The notes under the pieces are model-generated. The model was given only the letters and a program-made list of their open reading frames with translations, had not been told where the DNA came from and did not search any database. 44,985 nucleotides of DNA from Erythrobacter sp. (GTDB lineage: Bacteria; Pseudomonadota; Alphaproteobacteria; Sphingomonadales; Sphingomonadaceae), in NCBI GenBank assembly GCA_036788335.1, contig DAIQNP010000001.1, positions 1-44,985 of the forward strand. Reading direction: 5' to 3'. Of this stretch, positions 19,555 through 29,098 are shown piece by piece (position 1 is the first letter of the stretch; the number at the start of each line of letters is the position of its first letter). The translations under genes and the position numbers were made by a program.

Positions 19555-20343
19555 ATGCTGACCGTCGCAACCTGGAACATCAACTCCGCCCGCCTGCGCG
19601 TGGGGCTGATCGCAAAACTGCTCACCGAAGCCGCGCCCGACATCCTGTGCCTGCAGGAAATCAAGTGCGAGAGCCACCTGTTCCCGGCGCAGGCGTTGGC
19701 CGATCTGGGCTATACCCATCAAGCGGTGAGCGGGCAGAAGGGCTATCACGGAGTCGCCACCGTCAGCCGCGTGCCGATCCGCGAAGTCACCCGCCACGAC
19801 TGGCAGGACAATGGAGAGGCGCGCCATATCGGGGTCGAGGTGCTGGGCAAGGATGTGCTGGTCGAAAACGTCTATGTCCCCGCCGGCGGCGATGTGCCCG
19901 ACCGCGGGGTAAACCCCAAGTTCGGGCAGAAGCTCGATTTTCTGGGCCGCATGACGCGCTGGGCCGAGACGCTGGACCGGCCCACGCTGATCGTCGGCGA
20001 CTTCAACATCGCCCCGCTGGAAAGCGACGTGTGGAGCCACAAGCAATTGCTCAAGGTGGTCAGTCATACACCGATCGAGGTCGAGACGCTGGGGCGGTTT
20101 CAGGACGCCCACGGCTGGGTCGATCTGGGCCGCCAGCATGTCCCCGCGCCTGAGCGCTATTACAGCTGGTGGAGCTATCGCAATCCCGGCTGGCAGGACA
20201 ACGACAAGGGCCGCCGGCTCGATCACATGTGGGCCTCGCCGGACCTCGCGCGCCAAGCGACCGGGCACCGTGTACTGGAGGCGGCGCGCGGCTGGACCCA
20301 GCCGTCCGACCATGTGCCGCTGATCACGGAGTTCGATCTCTGA
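19555..20343 (+). CDS. xth: Exodeoxyribonuclease III
   Basis: ATWNINS, LQEIK, GYHGVA, NVYVPAG, GDFNIAP, RRLDH, PSDHVP. Confidence 0.95.
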   Translation: MLTVATWNINSARLRVGLIAKLLTEAAPDILCLQEIKCESHLFPAQALADLGYTHQAVSGQKGYHGVATVSRVPIREVTRHDWQDNGEARHIGVEVLGKDVLVENVYVPAGGDVPDRGVNPKFGQKLDFLGRMTRWAETLDRPTLIVGDFNIAPLESDVWSHKQLLKVVSHTPIEVETLGRFQDAHGWVDLGRQHVPAPERYYSWWSYRNPGWQDNDKGRRLDHMWASPDLARQATGHRVLEAARGWTQPSDHVPLITEFDL

Positions 20344-20345
20344 GC

Positions 20346-21407
20346 ATGCCGTCGCCTGAACGCCGCGCGGCGCAGGCGGTCGACGCGCTGCGGCATGGCT
20401 GGCCGGTGGCGTTTGACGGCGGCCCGGTTTTGCTGCCGGTCGAAACCGCCATCGCCAGCGGGGCAAGCGCGCCGCGAATGCTGATCTCTGCCGCGCGGGC
20501 GACGACATTGAAACTCGCCAACCAACGCGATGCCGCTGTTCCCCACGCCCCGGTGCTGATCACGGGGGGCGAGAATTTCACCTTGCGCGATTCCCTGCCG
20601 ATTGCCGATCCGGCGCTCGATCTGGGCAATCCGCTGAAAGGCCCGTTCAAGGCGGTGACGCTCGATTGGGAGGACACCGCGCGCGCCGCGCTCGAACTGG
20701 CGCGGATCGCCGGGATCCTGCCCGCTTTCCTGGTCGATCCAGTGGACGCGGGCGAGGCGGTGCCGGTGGCGGTCAGCGATCTTGCTGCCTATGCGCAAGC
20801 CGGGGCGCTCAGGATCGTGACCCGCGCGCGCCTGCCCGTCAGCGCGCACGAGGACGCGGAAATCGTCGCCTTCCGCTCGGCCGCCGACCTGCGCGAACAC
20901 GTGGCGCTGATCATCGGCAAGCAATCGGGCGACCGCCAGCCGCTGGTCCGACTGCATTCGGAATGCCTGACCGGAGACATCCTCGGCAGCCTCAAATGCG
21001 ACTGCGGCCCGCAGCTCGACGCCGCCCTGCACGCGATGGCGCATGAGGCGCGGGATTCGGGCGGCTGGGGCGTGCTGCTCTATATGCGGCAGGAGGGCCG
21101 TGGGATCGGGCTGATCAACAAACTGCGCGCCTATCGCTTGCAGGATCAGGGGTTTGACACGGTCGAGGCCAACCAGCGGCTCGGCCTGCCCGACGAGGCG
21201 CGCGATTTCCCGGTGGCGGCGCGGATGCTGGAGCTGCTGGGCGCGCGCACGATCCGGCTGCTGACCAATAACCCGGCCAAGGTTGAGGCGCTATCGGCTG
21301 CCGGGATCACGGTCAGCGAGCGCGTCCCCCACCAGCTCCCCGAAAACCCCCACAACGCCCGCTATCTGGCGACCAAGCGGGACAGATCAGGGCATTTGCT
21401 GCTGTGA
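20346..21407 (+). CDS. ribA: GTP cyclohydrolase II with divergent N-terminal domain
   Basis: RLHSECLTGD, CDCG, QEGRGIGL, TVEAN, LLTNNP. Confidence 0.93.
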   Translation: MPSPERRAAQAVDALRHGWPVAFDGGPVLLPVETAIASGASAPRMLISAARATTLKLANQRDAAVPHAPVLITGGENFTLRDSLPIADPALDLGNPLKGPFKAVTLDWEDTARAALELARIAGILPAFLVDPVDAGEAVPVAVSDLAAYAQAGALRIVTRARLPVSAHEDAEIVAFRSAADLREHVALIIGKQSGDRQPLVRLHSECLTGDILGSLKCDCGPQLDAALHAMAHEARDSGGWGVLLYMRQEGRGIGLINKLRAYRLQDQGFDTVEANQRLGLPDEARDFPVAARMLELLGARTIRLLTNNPAKVEALSAAGITVSERVPHQLPENPHNARYLATKRDRSGHLLL

Positions 21408-21907
21408 TCGAGGTGACCATCCGCGCTGAACAACCCGGCGACGTAGCGATCATCCACCAACTGACCGAGGCCGCCTTCAGGGACATGCCTTTCAGCGAAG
21501 GCGACGAACAGCATTTGGTTGATGCGCTGCGCCGCGACGGTGATCTGGCGCTGTCATTGGTGGCCGAGGATCACGCGCGAATCGTCGGCCACATTGCCTT
21601 TTCTTGGGTCGAGATCAGCGACGGCACGCCGGATTGGTATGATCTTGGCCCGGTATCGGTCTGGCCCGAATTGCATCGCCGCGGGATCGGAAGCGCGCTG
21701 GTCAGGCGCGGCATTGCCGACCTGCGGGAAAGCGGCGCGGCGGGGATCGTGCTGCTCGGTAACCCTGCCTATTATGGTCGGTTCGGATTCGTCCACGCAC
21801 CGCAACTGCGTTACCCCGGGCCGCCGCCCGAGTATTTCCAGTGTCTCTTGCTCGCAGGCGCGTTGCCGCAGGGCGAGGTCACCTATGCGCGTGCCTTCAG
21901 GACCTAA
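21404..21907 (+). CDS. GNAT family N-acetyltransferase (YhbS-like)
   Basis: IRAE, IVGHIAFS, LGPVSV, RRGIGSALV, LGNPAYYGRFGF. Confidence 0.88.
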   Translation: MIEVTIRAEQPGDVAIIHQLTEAAFRDMPFSEGDEQHLVDALRRDGDLALSLVAEDHARIVGHIAFSWVEISDGTPDWYDLGPVSVWPELHRRGIGSALVRRGIADLRESGAAGIVLLGNPAYYGRFGFVHAPQLRYPGPPPEYFQCLLLAGALPQGEVTYARAFRT

Positions 21908-22872
21908 CGCCGCTGATACGGCGTCAGCCCCGCCGCCAGCTTGTTGGTTTTCATCACCACGTTCGCCCCGCTCCAGTCGGCCAGGAAGACGCTGCCGCGC
22001 TGGATGCCGGGGACGAAGCGGGCTTCGTTGTTTTCGACCACCAGCCCATCGGAGGGATGGAGCAGGTCTTCGGCACCCAAGGCGATGAAGGCCGAGTAGT
22101 TCTCCTTGTCGCGCCCCTGCACGAACCAGTTGTCGGCGATCCGGCCGACGCTGCCTGCGGGCAGGTCGATCATGTAATTGGTGCCGCGCCCGTTCGCATC
22201 GTCGAAGCTGTTGCCCTCGATCACCACCTCGGCGCTGCGGGCCTTGACGTAGTGCCCGCCGGTGCCGCGTTCGAACCGGCTTTCGCGCACGGTAAGCGAG
22301 CCGTAATTGCCGATATAGATCGAATGCGCGCAGCCGGCCGAATGCTCGCAGGTGCCGAGCCCGGTGAAGGTCGAGCGCACGATGTAGATCCGCCCGGCGG
22401 GATCGTCGGCCGTCAGAATGCCCTGCTGGCTGTTCTCGAACCGCGAATAGGCGATGTTGAGCGCGCCCTTTTCCAGCCGGATGCCGGCGCCGTTGCCGTC
22501 CTCGACCGCCATGTTGCTGAAGGTCAGCCCGCGCACTTCCGCGCCCACGCCGCGCAGCACCAGCGCCGCCTTGCCTTCGCACGAGCGGCCCGAGAAGGTG
22601 ACCGAGCCGGGATTTTCGGCGACATAGGTGATCACGCCCGCTTCCTGCACCGCGCATTGGCGATAGGTGCCCGGCGCGATCCGGATCGTGGCGCGGGCGT
22701 TGCCGATTGAATCGACCGCCTCCTGCAAAGTGGCGAAACTGGCCCCGGTCTCGGCCACGGTGAAGGCACCGGGAACGGGCTGGGCCAGCAGGGCCGCGCC
22801 GGGAAGCGCAAGCGCGGTGAGGATGGCGAGGCTGCGCAGGCGGACTGCGGCGGAAGATGCGGGCTTTGTCAT
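21904..22872 (-). CDS. Exported right-handed parallel beta-helix repeat protein
   Basis: Signal peptide, FATLQEAV, IRIAPGTY, GNGAGIR, repeated xxSxF/xxNxF beta-helix turns. Confidence 0.75.
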   Translation of the reverse strand: MTKPASSAAVRLRSLAILTALALPGAALLAQPVPGAFTVAETGASFATLQEAVDSIGNARATIRIAPGTYRQCAVQEAGVITYVAENPGSVTFSGRSCEGKAALVLRGVGAEVRGLTFSNMAVEDGNGAGIRLEKGALNIAYSRFENSQQGILTADDPAGRIYIVRSTFTGLGTCEHSAGCAHSIYIGNYGSLTVRESRFERGTGGHYVKARSAEVVIEGNSFDDANGRGTNYMIDLPAGSVGRIADNWFVQGRDKENYSAFIALGAEDLLHPSDGLVVENNEARFVPGIQRGSVFLADWSGANVVMKTNKLAAGLTPYQRR

Positions 22873-23032
22873 GAGAGATGTTCTATCACGCCGCGATGCG
22901 AGTTCTATCCGCTCCGCACGGGGTGTTCCCATTTGGCACTTGGCGCGAAGGCCCCGGTTTGGCTACACCCGCGCGGCACGATGCCGGATCGGTCGCAGGC
23001 CGCCCGGAACCGCATGCTTGAGGAGAGACCTG

Positions 23033-23323
23033 ATGAACACGACCCCCGCCCTGATCGCCGCCCTGTCGGGCGCCTGCCTGCTGCTCGCCGCCTGCGGCAG
23101 CGCCGATGACGCCTCGACCGAAGCAACGGTCGACACCGTGGAAATGCCCGCCGACGAAGCCCTCATGCCGGTGAGCGAGGAGCCGGTGGCCGATCCCGAT
23201 GCGACCACGCCCGATACTGAGACGACCGACGCGGCGGACGAAGCCACGGCGGAAGACGCAGCCGACGCGGCTGCCGATGTCGCCGCCGATGCCGCCGCCA
23301 CCGCCGACGCTGCGGCCGAGTAG
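23033..23323 (+). CDS. Small acidic Ala/Asp-rich lipoprotein
   Basis: GAGGAGA RBS, LAAC lipobox, low-complexity acidic body. Confidence 0.8.
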   Translation: MNTTPALIAALSGACLLLAACGSADDASTEATVDTVEMPADEALMPVSEEPVADPDATTPDTETTDAADEATAEDAADAAADVAADAAATADAAAE

Positions 23324-23329
23324 CGCGCG

Positions 23330-23575
23330 GTGCGCCGCGCCCTGCTGCTGCCCGCGCTGAGCCTCGTTGCCCTTACGCCGCTGGTGGGGGGCTGCGACGC
23401 TGTCGGCGTTGCAGCCCCCGGCGGAGTCAGTGCAGGCGAGGCCAAGGCGCTCGACGATGCCGCTGCGATGCTCGACGAAGAGCGGCTGCCTCCCGAAGCG
23501 CTCCCGCCCGAAGCCGCAGTGCCGCCCGCGCAGGGTTCCACGCCCGCCGAATCGACGGGCGACACCGTGCGCTAG
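23330..23575 (+). CDS. Small putative lipoprotein
   Basis: MRR-hydrophobic-VGGC signal; PGGVSAGEAKALDDAAAMLDE motif. Confidence 0.7.
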   Translation: MRRALLLPALSLVALTPLVGGCDAVGVAAPGGVSAGEAKALDDAAAMLDEERLPPEALPPEAAVPPAQGSTPAESTGDTVR

Positions 23576-23648
23576 CCGCGCGAGCGATCGCCTTTCCGTT
23601 ACCCCGCGCCGCGCTCGCCGCCGCGCCGGCCCCCGAAGGATCACGACC

Positions 23649-24851
23649 ATGAATGCCCCCGCCAGCATCCCCTCACCCGCGAATCCCGGAATGGACGAGG
23701 AGGTGTTCGAGCAGTTCGCCGAGCAGCTCCAGCGTTATGTCCGAGAACGGCTGATCCCGGCGGAACCCGAGATGATCGCAGCTGACCGCGTGCCCGACGA
23801 CATCCTGAATGAAATGCGCGAGATGGGGCTGTTCGGCATCTCCGTGCCCGAGGCCTATGGCGGGGCGGGGCTCAACATGACCCAATATGCCCGCGTGGTG
23901 AACATGATGAGCTATGCCGCGCCTGCGTTCCGGTCGATTTTCTCGATCAATGTCGGGATGTTTGCGTCGGCGCTCAAGAATGGCGCGACCGAGGCCCAGC
24001 GGGCCGAATGGTTCCCGCAGCTGGTCGAAGGCAAGATCGCCTGCTTCGGACTGACCGAGCCGGGATCGGGCAGCGATTCGGCGGCGATGCAGACCACCGC
24101 CACGCCCGACCCGGACGGCAATGGCTGGATCCTCAACGGCACCAAGCGCTACATCACCAACGCCCCGCACGCCGATGTCGCGCTGATCATGGCACGCACC
24201 AGCAAAGACCCGCTGCCCAAGAACGCCCATGTCAGCGCCTTCATCGTGCCGATGTCGACACCCGGCATTTCGCGTGGCAGCCCGGACAAGAAGATGGGTC
24301 AAGCGGGATCGCATATCTCCGACATCATGCTCGACGATGTGCGCGTGCCGGGCAATGCGCTGCTGGGCGAGGAAAACGGCAAGGGCTTCGTCTTTGCAAT
24401 GAAGAGCCTCGACAACGGCCGCATCTCGGTCGGTGCGGCGGCGACCGCCTATGCTCGCCGCGCGCTCGATTCGGCGCTGCGTTACGCCAATGAACGCAAG
24501 GCCTTCGGCGAACCGATCGCCAATTTCCAGCTGGTCCAGGCGATGCTGGCCGACAGCGAGATCGAAATCTACGCGGCCGAGGCGATGATGCGCGATGTCA
24601 CCGCGCGCGCCGATGCAGGCGAGAACATCCTGGTCAAGGCCGCCGCCTTCAAGGTGTTCGCCTCCGAAATGTGCGGCCGAGTGGTCGACCGGGTGGTGCA
24701 GATCTACGGCGGGGCGGGCTACCTCGCCGAGTACGACGCCGAACGGTTCTTCCGCGATGCGCGCATCTACCGCATCTACGAAGGCACCACGCAGATCCTG
24801 CAACTCCAGATCGCCAAGCACATGCTGCGCGAGTGGAAAGAGCATAGCTAG
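23649..24851 (+). CDS. Acyl-CoA dehydrogenase
   Basis: GLFGISVPEAYGG, CFGLTEPGSGSD, LNGTKRYIT, RKAFG, QIYGGAGY, IYEGTTQI. Confidence 0.95.
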   Translation: MNAPASIPSPANPGMDEEVFEQFAEQLQRYVRERLIPAEPEMIAADRVPDDILNEMREMGLFGISVPEAYGGAGLNMTQYARVVNMMSYAAPAFRSIFSINVGMFASALKNGATEAQRAEWFPQLVEGKIACFGLTEPGSGSDSAAMQTTATPDPDGNGWILNGTKRYITNAPHADVALIMARTSKDPLPKNAHVSAFIVPMSTPGISRGSPDKKMGQAGSHISDIMLDDVRVPGNALLGEENGKGFVFAMKSLDNGRISVGAAATAYARRALDSALRYANERKAFGEPIANFQLVQAMLADSEIEIYAAEAMMRDVTARADAGENILVKAAAFKVFASEMCGRVVDRVVQIYGGAGYLAEYDAERFFRDARIYRIYEGTTQILQLQIAKHMLREWKEHS

Positions 24852-24862
24852 GGGAGCGAAAA

Positions 24863-24945
24863 GCCCACCCCGCTGTGACTAGCCACGCTTACAGCGCGGC
24901 AAGTCTCGCTCCCCTCCCGCCTGCGTGAGGGGTTGGGGGGTGGGC
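24863..24945. repeat. Nested-hairpin REP-like palindrome between operon genes
   Basis: Outer stem gcccacccc/ggggtgggc enclosing cccctc-ccgc/gcgt-gagggg and gact..gcc/ggc..agtc. Confidence 0.65.
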
Positions 24946-24955
24946 CGGGAACCAT

Positions 24956-26200
24956 ATGTACAACCTTCTCAACGACCTCTCGATCGTCGAAGTCTCCAGC
25001 TTCGTCGCCTCTCCCACCGCGGGGCTGTATTGCGCGCAGATGGGGGCCGAGGTGATCCGCGTCGACCACAAGGCGGGCGGACTCGATTACAATCGCTACA
25101 TGCTGACGGCCGAGGGGCGCTCGCTGTCGTGGGAGAATCTCAACCGCGCCAAGAAGTCGGTCGCGCTCGACCTGCAATCGGGGGCGGGGCGCGAGCTGCT
25201 GGTAGAGCTGGCGGCCAGCATCGGCCAGTGCATCACCAACCTGCCCGAACACAGCTTCCTCAGTCACGCCGCGATGCAGGCCCGGCGCGCCGACATGGTG
25301 TCCTTGCGGATCATGGGCTGGCATGACGGGCGCCAGGCGATGGACTTCACCGTCAACGCCGCGGCCGGCTACCCGCTGATGACCGGGCCGGACGATTGGG
25401 ACCCGGCCACGGCTCCGCCGGTCAACCAGGTGCTGCCGGCGTGGGATTTCATCACCGGGGCCTACAGCGCCTTTGCGCTGCTTGCCGCCTTGCGCCACCG
25501 TGACTGCACCGGCGAGGGCAGCGAGGTGCGCGTGCCCTTGGGCGATGTCGCGATCGGGACGCTCGCCAATTCCGGGGCGATGGCCGAGATGCTCTATCGC
25601 GGGGGCGACCGCGAGCGGCTCGGCAACGCGATCTGGGGTGCGTTCGGGCGCGATTTCCGCAGCGGTGACGGGGTGCGCTTCATGGTCGCCGCGCTCACGC
25701 CGAAGCAGTGGAGCGGACTGGTCAGGGCGTTCGGCTTGGAAGAGGGCATCGGCGCGCTCGAAGCCGAACTCGGCGTGCGCTTCGCCGACGGGGACACGCC
25801 GCGCTTCCGGCACCGTGCCGTGCTGTTCGCGCTGTTTCAGCAAGCCGCCGGGGCGATTGACTATGCTGCGCTGGCCGAACGGCTGGCAGCGGAAGGCTGC
25901 ACCTTCGAACGCTACCGCACCGCTCACGAGGCCGCGAACGATCCCGTGCTGGTGGCGAACAACCCGCTGTTCGGACCGTCCCCCGCCAACCCCTCGGGCT
26001 TCGATTACCCTGCGACCCGCAGCTTTGCGAACCTTGCCGGGCAGAAGGCGGGCGATCCTGCGCCGGCGCCCTACCTCGGGCAGCATTCGGAGGAGGTGCT
26101 CAGCGACAAGCTGGGGCTGTCCTCGGGCACGATCGGCAAACTAGTGGATGCCGGGACCGTGGCTTTGAGTGACGCCAATCGAAACGGGGAACGATCATGA
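24956..26200 (+). CDS. Family III (CaiB/BaiF) CoA transferase, mesaconyl-CoA C1-C4 transferase-like
   Basis: SSFVASP, GGLDYNR, LNRAKKS, MDFTVN, PVNQVLPAWD, WGAFGRDF, APYLGQHS. Confidence 0.85.
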   Translation: MYNLLNDLSIVEVSSFVASPTAGLYCAQMGAEVIRVDHKAGGLDYNRYMLTAEGRSLSWENLNRAKKSVALDLQSGAGRELLVELAASIGQCITNLPEHSFLSHAAMQARRADMVSLRIMGWHDGRQAMDFTVNAAAGYPLMTGPDDWDPATAPPVNQVLPAWDFITGAYSAFALLAALRHRDCTGEGSEVRVPLGDVAIGTLANSGAMAEMLYRGGDRERLGNAIWGAFGRDFRSGDGVRFMVAALTPKQWSGLVRAFGLEEGIGALEAELGVRFADGDTPRFRHRAVLFALFQQAAGAIDYAALAERLAAEGCTFERYRTAHEAANDPVLVANNPLFGPSPANPSGFDYPATRSFANLAGQKAGDPAPAPYLGQHSEEVLSDKLGLSSGTIGKLVDAGTVALSDANRNGERS

Positions 26201-27423
26201 CCAGACGCGCCGCCATCTGCACCCCGCTGCGCACCCCGGTGGGCAGGTTCCTCGGCGGGCTCGCCAGCCTGAATGCGGGCGAACTGGGGGCGGTGATCCT
26301 CAAGGCCCTGATGGACCGCAGCGGGATCGATCCGGCACGGGTCGATGACGTGGTGTTTTCCCAAGGCTACGGAAATGGCGAGGCGCCCGCGATCGGGCAT
26401 TGGGCTTGGCTGGCAGCGGGCCTGCCGATCGAAGTCCCCGGCTTCCAGCTTGACCGGCGTTGCGGGTCGGGCGTGCAGGCGGTGGCGACCGCGGCGATGA
26501 TGGTGGAGACCGGGATGGCCGATGTGGTGGTCGCGGGCGGGGTCGAGTCGATGTCGAACGTCGAACACTACACCTTGCAGGGGCGTGGCGGAACGCGGAT
26601 GGGCGATATCACGCTGCATGACCGCCTCAGCCGGGGCCGGGTGATGAGCCAGCCGGTCGAACGTTTCGGGGTGATCACCGGGATGATCGAAACCGCCGAG
26701 AACCTTGCCAAGGACCACGGCATTTCGCGCGAGGCAGCGGACGAATACGCGGTGCGTTCGCACCGGAATGCGGCGCGGGCATGGGCCGAGGGCAAGTTTG
26801 CCGAGCAGCTCGTCCCGGTGGCAGTCCCGCAGCGGAAAGGCGATCCGGTGATGTTCGCCCATGACGAGGGATACCGAACCGATGCTTCGCTGGAGACGCT
26901 GGGCGCGCTCACACCCATCGACGGCAAGCGCGACCCGGCCGCGATCGTCACCGCCGGCAACGCCAGCCAGCAGAACGATGCCGCCGCCGCTTGTCTGGTG
27001 GTCGGCGAGGACAAGCTGGAGGAACTGGGGCTCACCCCGATGCTGTGGTTCGGCGGTTGGGCGGCAGCGGGATGCGACCCTTCGCGGATGGGCATCGGCC
27101 CGGTCCCGGCGGTGGAGCGGCTGTTCGCGCGGCGCGGGTATTCGTGGGACGACATCGGGTTGGTCGAACTCAACGAGGCTTTTGCGCCGCAAGTGCTCGC
27201 CGTGCTGAAGGGCTGGGGCTGGAGCGCGGACGATTCGCGCCGCGACATGCTCAACGTCAACGGATCGGGAATCAGCCTCGGCCACCCCATCGGCGCAACC
27301 GGGGGGCGCATCCTCGCCGACATGGCGCAGGAGATGCACCGACGGCAGGTGCGCTATGGCCTTGAAACAATGTGCATCGGCGGCGGACAGGGGATCGCGG
27401 CGGTGTTCGAGCGGGCCGCATGA
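26197..27423 (+). CDS. Acetyl-CoA C-acyltransferase (thiolase)
   Basis: RTPVG, RRCGSG, NEAF, GHPIGATG, CIGGGQG. Confidence 0.95.
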   Translation: MTRRAAICTPLRTPVGRFLGGLASLNAGELGAVILKALMDRSGIDPARVDDVVFSQGYGNGEAPAIGHWAWLAAGLPIEVPGFQLDRRCGSGVQAVATAAMMVETGMADVVVAGGVESMSNVEHYTLQGRGGTRMGDITLHDRLSRGRVMSQPVERFGVITGMIETAENLAKDHGISREAADEYAVRSHRNAARAWAEGKFAEQLVPVAVPQRKGDPVMFAHDEGYRTDASLETLGALTPIDGKRDPAAIVTAGNASQQNDAAAACLVVGEDKLEELGLTPMLWFGGWAAAGCDPSRMGIGPVPAVERLFARRGYSWDDIGLVELNEAFAPQVLAVLKGWGWSADDSRRDMLNVNGSGISLGHPIGATGGRILADMAQEMHRRQVRYGLETMCIGGGQGIAAVFERAA

Positions 27424-28268
27424 TCTACGACGCGTGGATCGGGCGGGAGCAACGCAGCGTCGACCGGCTCGACGAGGGGCTGGCTGCGCGGTGGCTCGCC
27501 ACCTTCGACCTGCCGCGCCCGCACCCGGCGCTTATGCCGCAGGGGATTCACTTCGCGCTGTGCACCCCGCAAGCCCCGGCCGCCGGATTGGGCGAAGACG
27601 GGCACCCGGCGCGCGATGACAGCGAAGGCAGCTTCCTCCCGCCCTTCCCCCTGCCGCGCCGGATGTGGGCTTCGTCCGCCATCGCGTTTCACGCCCCGAT
27701 TGCCATCGGCGCGGTGATCGAGCGGGTCAGCCGCATTGCCTCGGTGCGCGAGAAGGACGGTGGCTCCGGGCGGCTCGCCTTTGTCGATGTCACCCATGAA
27801 ACGCGCGCCAACGGCACCGTGGCCGTGATCGAGACGCAGACGCTGGTCTATCGCGAGGCGGCCAGCACCGACGCCCCGCTCTCTCCGCCGCCGCCGGGCG
27901 AGAGCCCATTCGTTCCCGCAGGCTGGGACGCGCTTAGGACCCTGACGCCGGACCCGCGCCTGTTGTTCCGATACTCGGCGCTGACCTTCAACACCCACCG
28001 CATCCACTACGACGCGCCCTATGCGCAAGCCGTCGAGCGCTATCGCGGTCTCGTCGTCCACGGCCCGCTGACCGCGAGCCTGCTGCTGCAACTGGCGGCG
28101 GAGAAGCTGGGCGGCAATCGCCTGCGCCGCTTCGCGTTTCGCGGTCTTTCCCCCGCCATCGCGGGCGAGCCGCTGCATCTGGTGATGCGCAAGACCGAGG
28201 ACGGGTATGACCTTGCCGCCTTCGCCAATGACGGGCGGCAGGTGACGGCGGCCAACGCAGCGGTCTAA
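27420..28268 (+). CDS. Double hot-dog hydratase (mesaconyl-C4-CoA/itaconyl-CoA hydratase, HTD2-like)
   Basis: LGEDGHP, RRMWAS, LFRYSALTFNTHRIHYD, LVVHGPL; ATGA coupling. Confidence 0.85.
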   Translation: MIYDAWIGREQRSVDRLDEGLAARWLATFDLPRPHPALMPQGIHFALCTPQAPAAGLGEDGHPARDDSEGSFLPPFPLPRRMWASSAIAFHAPIAIGAVIERVSRIASVREKDGGSGRLAFVDVTHETRANGTVAVIETQTLVYREAASTDAPLSPPPPGESPFVPAGWDALRTLTPDPRLLFRYSALTFNTHRIHYDAPYAQAVERYRGLVVHGPLTASLLLQLAAEKLGGNRLRRFAFRGLSPAIAGEPLHLVMRKTEDGYDLAAFANDGRQVTAANAAV

Positions 28269-29041
28269 CCCGCCTCGTAATCCGCTATCGGCTTCAGCAC
28301 CCGGTAGCTTTCCTTCGCCGGTTCCCGCCCAAGCTCGGGGAAATGGATCGCCGGCGGTTCCTCGTGCGTGTCCGGCACACGGCTGAGCAGATCGCGGATC
28401 AGCGTCAGCCGCCCGCGTTTCTGGTCGTTGAAGTCGACCAGCGTCCACGGCGCGTGTCTGGTATGCGTTGCGGCCAGCATCGCCTCGCGCGCCTCGGTGT
28501 AAGCATCGTACTTCTCGCGCGCGGCGAGATCGATGGGGGACAGCTTCCAGCGCTTGAGCGGATCCTCCAGCCGTTCGTGCAGGCGTTCCTCCTGCTGGTC
28601 CTGATCGGTCGTCAGCCAGTATTTGAACAGCAATATGCCATCATCCACCAGCAACTTCTCGAACGTCGGAACCGCAGCCAGAAACGCCGCGACCTGGCGC
28701 TCATCGGCATAGCCCATCACCCGTTCGACGCCGGCCCGATTGTACCATGACCGGTCGAACAGCACGATCTCGCCCGCGCTCGGCAGGTGCGGGAAGTAGC
28801 GCTGGAAGTACCATTGGGTTGCCTCGGCCTCGGTAGGCTTGGTCAGCGCGACCGTGCGGCACTGGCGCGGATTGAGCTTGTCCCGCACCGCGCCGATCGC
28901 GCCGCCCTTGCCCGCCGTATCGCGCCCTTCGAACAGCACCACGACCCGCGCACCGCTCGCCTTGGCCCAGCGCGCCATGCTGACCAGTTCCAGCGTCAAC
29001 GGTTCGAGCGCCGCCTCATAATCCTTGCGCTTCATCCCCAT
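28265..29041 (-). CDS. ppk2: Polyphosphate kinase 2
   Basis: FEGRDTAGKGG, WYFQRY, FDRSWYNR, KRWKLSP. Confidence 0.95.
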   Translation of the reverse strand: MGMKRKDYEAALEPLTLELVSMARWAKASGARVVVLFEGRDTAGKGGAIGAVRDKLNPRQCRTVALTKPTEAEATQWYFQRYFPHLPSAGEIVLFDRSWYNRAGVERVMGYADERQVAAFLAAVPTFEKLLVDDGILLFKYWLTTDQDQQEERLHERLEDPLKRWKLSPIDLAAREKYDAYTEAREAMLAATHTRHAPWTLVDFNDQKRGRLTLIRDLLSRVPDTHEEPPAIHFPELGREPAKESYRVLKPIADYEAG

Positions 29042-29098
29042 CCCTGTTCCCCTCATTTGTCCTTGCAGACCCGCAGTGGTAGTCTCATCTGCAACCGT

